This document shows positions 60,406-64,000 of a stretch of 64,000 nt of DNA, piece by piece (the first letter of the stretch is position 1; each line of letters begins with the position of its first letter). A model generated the notes under the pieces. That model made no database searches and was not told where the DNA came from. It saw only the letters and a program-made list of their open reading frames with translations. The position numbers were made by a program, and so were the translations under genes. Source of the DNA: a virus; IMG/VR virus record IMGVR_UViG_3300020180_000017, positions 1 to 64,000 of that record; one strand, 5' to 3'.

Positions 60406-60956
60406 TCAAGATCCTCCTGTTTTTTCCTATTCTTTTTACCTCCCCCTCTTATTTGCTCTACGTTCATTTCTTCTTCTAATTCTTTATAGGAATCATTTGT
60501 TTTTTTATTGAGATCTTCTAATGCAGAAAGGGCTTTATTTACTTCAGCCATATTACCATCCATTTTATCAAGTGATACTGGCGTAAATCTTATTTGAGTA
60601 AGTATTTTTTCATGAAGTTCAGTAATAGCTTTATGTGCTCTGTATTTTGGAGTTGCGTAAAGCTCTTCTACTAAATCTAAAGCTTGTTCAATTAATTCAT
60701 CTTCCATATCTACTACTAACTCTAATTCTGGATATGTGCTTCTTAATATTGTTTCATATTTATTATTGGATGATAAATTAGCAAATGGATTAGTGTTTGG
60801 ATTGAGATCGTAGCATTTATCAAATATTTGAAATAATTTTAAAGAGTTTTGCTCTCCGTATTTGTCTATTATTTCTTGAAGATACCAAATGTCTTTAGTA
60901 GCTTTAGTTATTTTTGCTTTGCCGTTATTATCTATGTCAAATATATTAACCTTCAT
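60402..60956 (-). CDS. Helical protein upstream of terL (candidate small terminase)
   Basis: Coupled to terL; C-terminal IRGGG motif. Confidence 0.55.
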   Translation of the reverse strand: MKVNIFDIDNNGKAKITKATKDIWYLQEIIDKYGEQNSLKLFQIFDKCYDLNPNTNPFANLSSNNKYETILRSTYPELELVVDMEDELIEQALDLVEELYATPKYRAHKAITELHEKILTQIRFTPVSLDKMDGNMAEVNKALSALEDLNKKTNDSYKELEEEMNVEQIRGGGKKNRKKQEDLE

Positions 60957-61662
60957 TAAGTTTTTTAAATTTAAACATTTTTATTACTTCTTCTTTCATA
61001 TAGGGAACTTCAATTAATTCGTTTGAAGTAATTTTATCTTTATCGTTCATTATTATTTGTCTTATGTATAATTTCCCTATTTTAAGACTTTTATTATTTT
61101 CCCAAGCAAGATACATGTACAAAGATATTTGCAATACAATGTCATTGTAATTGCATTGATCCAAGTGACTTAATGGAGCTTGCATGGTAGCACCCCTCAC
61201 TTTAAAACCTTTATCTGTAGTAAAAGAACTTGACCTATATATTTTTTCAATCACTTTATTATCAGTAATATTAATCGTATTTCTTTTTACGTCAATCCTA
61301 TCTGCATACCCAATAATCCCATGTTTAGTTGAAAATAAACATTTTTCAAGGTAGGTTTTATTATTTTCAAGTTTGCAAATGTTTTTATCTATAGTTTTCC
61401 ATTCTTCATAAGGACTGTATACACCTAACACGGCATTTTTATTTGTGGCAATTTCTTTTTCACAAAGTTTTTTTTGTACATTAATCCCTCTATCTATTTT
61501 TCTATCCCACTCAGCTAGAATTAAAGATACTTCTTCAGAAAGATTTTCTTTAGTGACTTTATCACCTCTATCCCTAATGATTTTTTGAGCTTTACTTGTA
61601 GCTTTAGAATTCCTATCAAAAGACTCTTTAAATTCCTCTATAAAAATTTTTACTCCTATCAT
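60946..61662 (-). CDS. PD-(D/E)xK (Cas4/lambda-exo-like) nuclease
   Basis: E..L....GIIGYAD..ITDNK..LQISLYMY pattern. Confidence 0.75.
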   Translation of the reverse strand: MIGVKIFIEEFKESFDRNSKATSKAQKIIRDRGDKVTKENLSEEVSLILAEWDRKIDRGINVQKKLCEKEIATNKNAVLGVYSPYEEWKTIDKNICKLENNKTYLEKCLFSTKHGIIGYADRIDVKRNTINITDNKVIEKIYRSSSFTTDKGFKVRGATMQAPLSHLDQCNYNDIVLQISLYMYLAWENNKSLKIGKLYIRQIIMNDKDKITSNELIEVPYMKEEVIKMFKFKKLNEG

Positions 61663-61949
61663 ATTACATTTGCTGAAAAATACAGTGTATGTGAATCTCC
61701 ATTTTGTCTAAATGAAATTGATTTGCTATTATTACCTCTTGCATTTGCAGAATAGGTAATAACTAATTGAGCAGTTTGATTTGGCGGAATAGGGTTAATT
61801 GACATAGCTTCATTTGTACAACCACAAGACGTAGTAATATTCTTAATTTCAAGAAAATCCTGACTATCATTAATTATATCATATTGTAACGTGACAGGCA
61901 CATTGTAAGGTATATCCCCTAACTGTTTTGTTGTTATTGGTATTATCAT
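61659..61949 (-). CDS. DUF1573-like Ig-fold protein (96 aa)
   Basis: IKNITTSCGCT..IPP...LVITY signature. Confidence 0.75.
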   Translation of the reverse strand: MIIPITTKQLGDIPYNVPVTLQYDIINDSQDFLEIKNITTSCGCTNEAMSINPIPPNQTAQLVITYSANARGNNSKSISFRQNGDSHTLYFSANVI

Positions 61950-62275
61950 ATTGTTGTTTTAAATTGATCCCATTCTTTTTTTGTTTTCATAAAAGGAAAA
62001 CATCCATGTTTACATGCTGGGTCAGATAGTAAGCTTTCCTTTAAACTGCATTCGCAATATTCACATTTTCCTAATTCAAAACATTTAGGATTGTGTATCT
62101 TAACTTGCTCTTCTCTCCAACTTGCTTGTTCTAATATGTGTTCATCCACTATATTAAAATTCTTAGCAAAATCTCTTATGTGCCCTTGTATAAAATATTT
62201 TATAGTAGTGGCATTAATGATTTTTGGTTCTTTAATGCTTTTTCTATTAAATAGGTATTTGAGTAATGTTTTCAT
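61946..62275 (-). CDS. Cys-rich Zn-binding protein (109 aa)
   Basis: C..GKCEYCEC..ACKHGCFPFM. Confidence 0.65.
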   Translation of the reverse strand: MKTLLKYLFNRKSIKEPKIINATTIKYFIQGHIRDFAKNFNIVDEHILEQASWREEQVKIHNPKCFELGKCEYCECSLKESLLSDPACKHGCFPFMKTKKEWDQFKTTI

Positions 62276-62645
62276 AATGTTTTTTTAATTCTTTTCTTTC
62301 CATGTAATTATCTCCGTATCTTTTCTTTTTAATGTCTTCTTTATCTTTTATGTATTGTTCAAACATTCCTATTATTAAATTTGAATTCTCTACAAATTTA
62401 CTGTGTTCTTTTGATCTATTATAACCCTCTGTAAATTCTTTTTTTATATTTAAAGCTTCTTGTAGCTTTTTATGCCTCCAATAAAATTTACCAAAATATT
62501 TAATACTTAATATTAAGTTATCCGGGTCTTTTGACCAATTTTTTATGCCATCTGTTATAAATGTTAACAATATTTTGATGTAATTTTCATCAAGATTAGT
62601 TTTTGCAGATATGGCTCTGTATAATATATTTTTTCTATACTGCAT
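62247..62645 (-). CDS. HU/IHF-like DNA-binding protein (132 aa)
   Basis: Two N-terminal helices, then LSIKYFGKFY. Confidence 0.55.
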   Translation of the reverse strand: MQYRKNILYRAISAKTNLDENYIKILLTFITDGIKNWSKDPDNLILSIKYFGKFYWRHKKLQEALNIKKEFTEGYNRSKEHSKFVENSNLIIGMFEQYIKDKEDIKKKRYGDNYMERKELKKHYENITQIPI

Positions 62646-62994
62646 TCATTATTTTATAATCTAACCCAATAATTTCATCCCATTTATTTGGTAGCCACTC
62701 TTCAGAAAAAACTTTTTTGTACTTTCCTTCATTTTTAATGATATTTAATGCAACACATTTTGACAGTGTATTTCTAACGCTATCTTTTGTTTTTATAGTT
62801 GTATTAATTAAACATAAATTACTGAGTTCTTCAAAGTCTTTTTCATTTTCTATTCCACCCATTTCATACATATAAAAAAGAAGCTCTCTAATACCATCAG
62901 ATATATTAACACCAAGTTGCTTTGATTTAATATATAAGTGTATTAGAATCACTTCTTTTTTAAAGAGTATTATTTTATCAGTTATTACTATCAT
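62635..62994 (-). CDS. Putative winged-helix DNA-binding protein (119 aa)
   Basis: KDSVRNTLSKCVALNIIKNEG wHTH-like segment. Confidence 0.5.
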   Translation of the reverse strand: MIVITDKIILFKKEVILIHLYIKSKQLGVNISDGIRELLFYMYEMGGIENEKDFEELSNLCLINTTIKTKDSVRNTLSKCVALNIIKNEGKYKKVFSEEWLPNKWDEIIGLDYKIMNAV

Positions 62995-63328
62995 TTATGT
63001 TTTGTATTAAATTATAAATAGCAGAAAATGTAACGTCATCTTTAAACAGTTCATTAATCTTAAGATTATCCCAAAGCAATATATCTTTTTCGTCATCCCA
63101 TAATAGGATATGTCCAAAATGTTTTAAGAGAGGTTTTAATTGTGTTTGACTTAAAGATAGGATAAAAGTTTTTTTATCTTCTTTATGTTGATTAATAGAA
63201 TCTCTCAATTCTTTTAAACTTTCTTTTTTAGAGCCGTAGAATTTTGTTTTAGGAGAATGATCTACTGTTGTTAATTGCTTAGTATTACCAAAATCATCTT
63301 CATATGTATTTACGTCGTTTATTGTCAT
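62978..63328 (-). CDS. Hypothetical protein (116 aa)
   Basis: ORF track; operon context. Confidence 0.6.
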   Translation of the reverse strand: MTINDVNTYEDDFGNTKQLTTVDHSPKTKFYGSKKESLKELRDSINQHKEDKKTFILSLSQTQLKPLLKHFGHILLWDDEKDILLWDNLKINELFKDDVTFSAIYNLIQNINDSNN

Positions 63329-63378
63329 GTGCAGAGAGAGGGGTTGAACCTCTCACTAAACCTTTAATTTATTCTGCA
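63329..63378 (-). ncRNA. tRNA-like minihelix (acceptor-like stem plus T arm, no D/anticodon arms)
   Basis: TGCAGA..GAGAGG-TTCAACC-CCTCTC-TCTGCA: 6+6 bp coaxial stems with a TTCRA loop. Confidence 0.45.
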
Positions 63379-63608
63379 TTTTGAGTTTCTACTTGAGCTT
63401 TAATTTGCTTTTCCACACTGGACTGCAAATCTTCTCTTTCTTGTTCATCCTCTTTAGCTTCTTTTAAGAACTCGACTGAAATCTTTTTGGCTTCAAGGTA
63501 GTAATACATTTTGTCGTATTCACTCTTGTTAAACCGAGCAATTAATTCATTTTCTAGAACCTTAGCTCTAAACTGATCAAATTCAGATGATTTTTCTACT
63601 TTTGTCAT
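63369..63608 (-). CDS. Hypothetical acidic coiled-coil protein (79 aa)
   Basis: ORF track. Confidence 0.6.
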   Translation of the reverse strand: MTKVEKSSEFDQFRAKVLENELIARFNKSEYDKMYYYLEAKKISVEFLKEAKEDEQEREDLQSSVEKQIKAQVETQNAE

Positions 63609-63648
63609 AATTAATATTTATTGTTAATAAAAATATACCGATTAATTT

Positions 63649-63963
63649 TTAAAATTCAAAATTTATTTCTAATTCCCGTGTTAATTCTTCTATATTTATT
63701 TTATCTAAGCCTGTGCAATTCTCTATTAATTCTTTTAACTTATCTAAGTCATTTTCATTTATTGCAAACCTATTAATACTGTAATATTCGTAGGGAGAGC
63801 AATGCTCTGGAATGTAAATCTCTTTTAAATCCACTCCAATTAATTTATTAATACTACAGTAAGTGATATACTCTATGTGATAGATATTATCTTTAACCAC
63901 CCAATTTTTAACAGGTATAACAGAAGGTTTATTACTGTCATCCACACAAATGCATTTAATCAT
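63649..63963 (-). CDS. Hypothetical phage protein (104 aa)
   Basis: CICVDDSNKP..Y..LKEI..PYEYY..RF pattern; A-rich leader. Confidence 0.65.
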   Translation of the reverse strand: MIKCICVDDSNKPSVIPVKNWVVKDNIYHIEYITYCSINKLIGVDLKEIYIPEHCSPYEYYSINRFAINENDLDKLKELIENCTGLDKINIEELTRELEINFEF

Positions 63964-64000
63964 AGTTTTTTTTCCAAAGCATAACTTTATGTATATCTCC

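Noticed and set aside
60946-61662. CRISPR-associated Cas4 or CRISPR array
   Set aside because: No Fe-S cysteine pattern, no other cas genes, and no regularly spaced repeats in the window.
533-62288. All plus-strand ORFs in the track
   Set aside because: Antisense shadows of long minus-strand genes; low-complexity Phe/Leu/Ser/Ile composition and no motifs.
1-64000. Stop-codon reassignment (TAG or TGA), known in some crAss-like phages
   Set aside because: Genes are full length under the standard code, TAG (MCP) and TGA (RNAP) act as real stops, and no suppressor tRNA is present.

Overview
AT-rich, almost entirely minus-strand fragment of a crAss-like (Crassvirales-type) phage. The host is probably a Bacteroidota species (TTTG-N19-20-TAnnTTTG promoters, A-rich leaders), and the standard genetic code applies. 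In the direction of transcription (right to left) the window holds small DNA-binding/nuclease genes, terminase, portal, putative scaffold, major capsid protein and a GIY-YIG homing endonuclease. Ring, auxiliary capsid and Cys-rich tail proteins follow, then an accessory island, ring and muzzle proteins, and cargo proteins with xxGG motifs. The module ends with giant ejected proteins: a 2100-aa protein, a 3405-aa virion RNA polymerase (DFDID), a small linker-like protein, and a >2200-aa polyvalent protein that the ORF track misses because it runs off the window. Highlights: (1) a twister ribozyme whose predicted cleavage site lies inside the stop codon of the homing endonuclease; (2) giant cargo proteins with cysteines only at their termini, matching head-to-tail in gene order (candidate disulfide chain); (3) a 409-aa, motif-intact minimal leucyl-tRNA synthetase preceded by a large structured RNA and followed by tRNA-Arg; (4) effector domains bracketed by direct repeats inside the giant proteins. 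Product calls come from motif recognition and gene order only; no database search was run.
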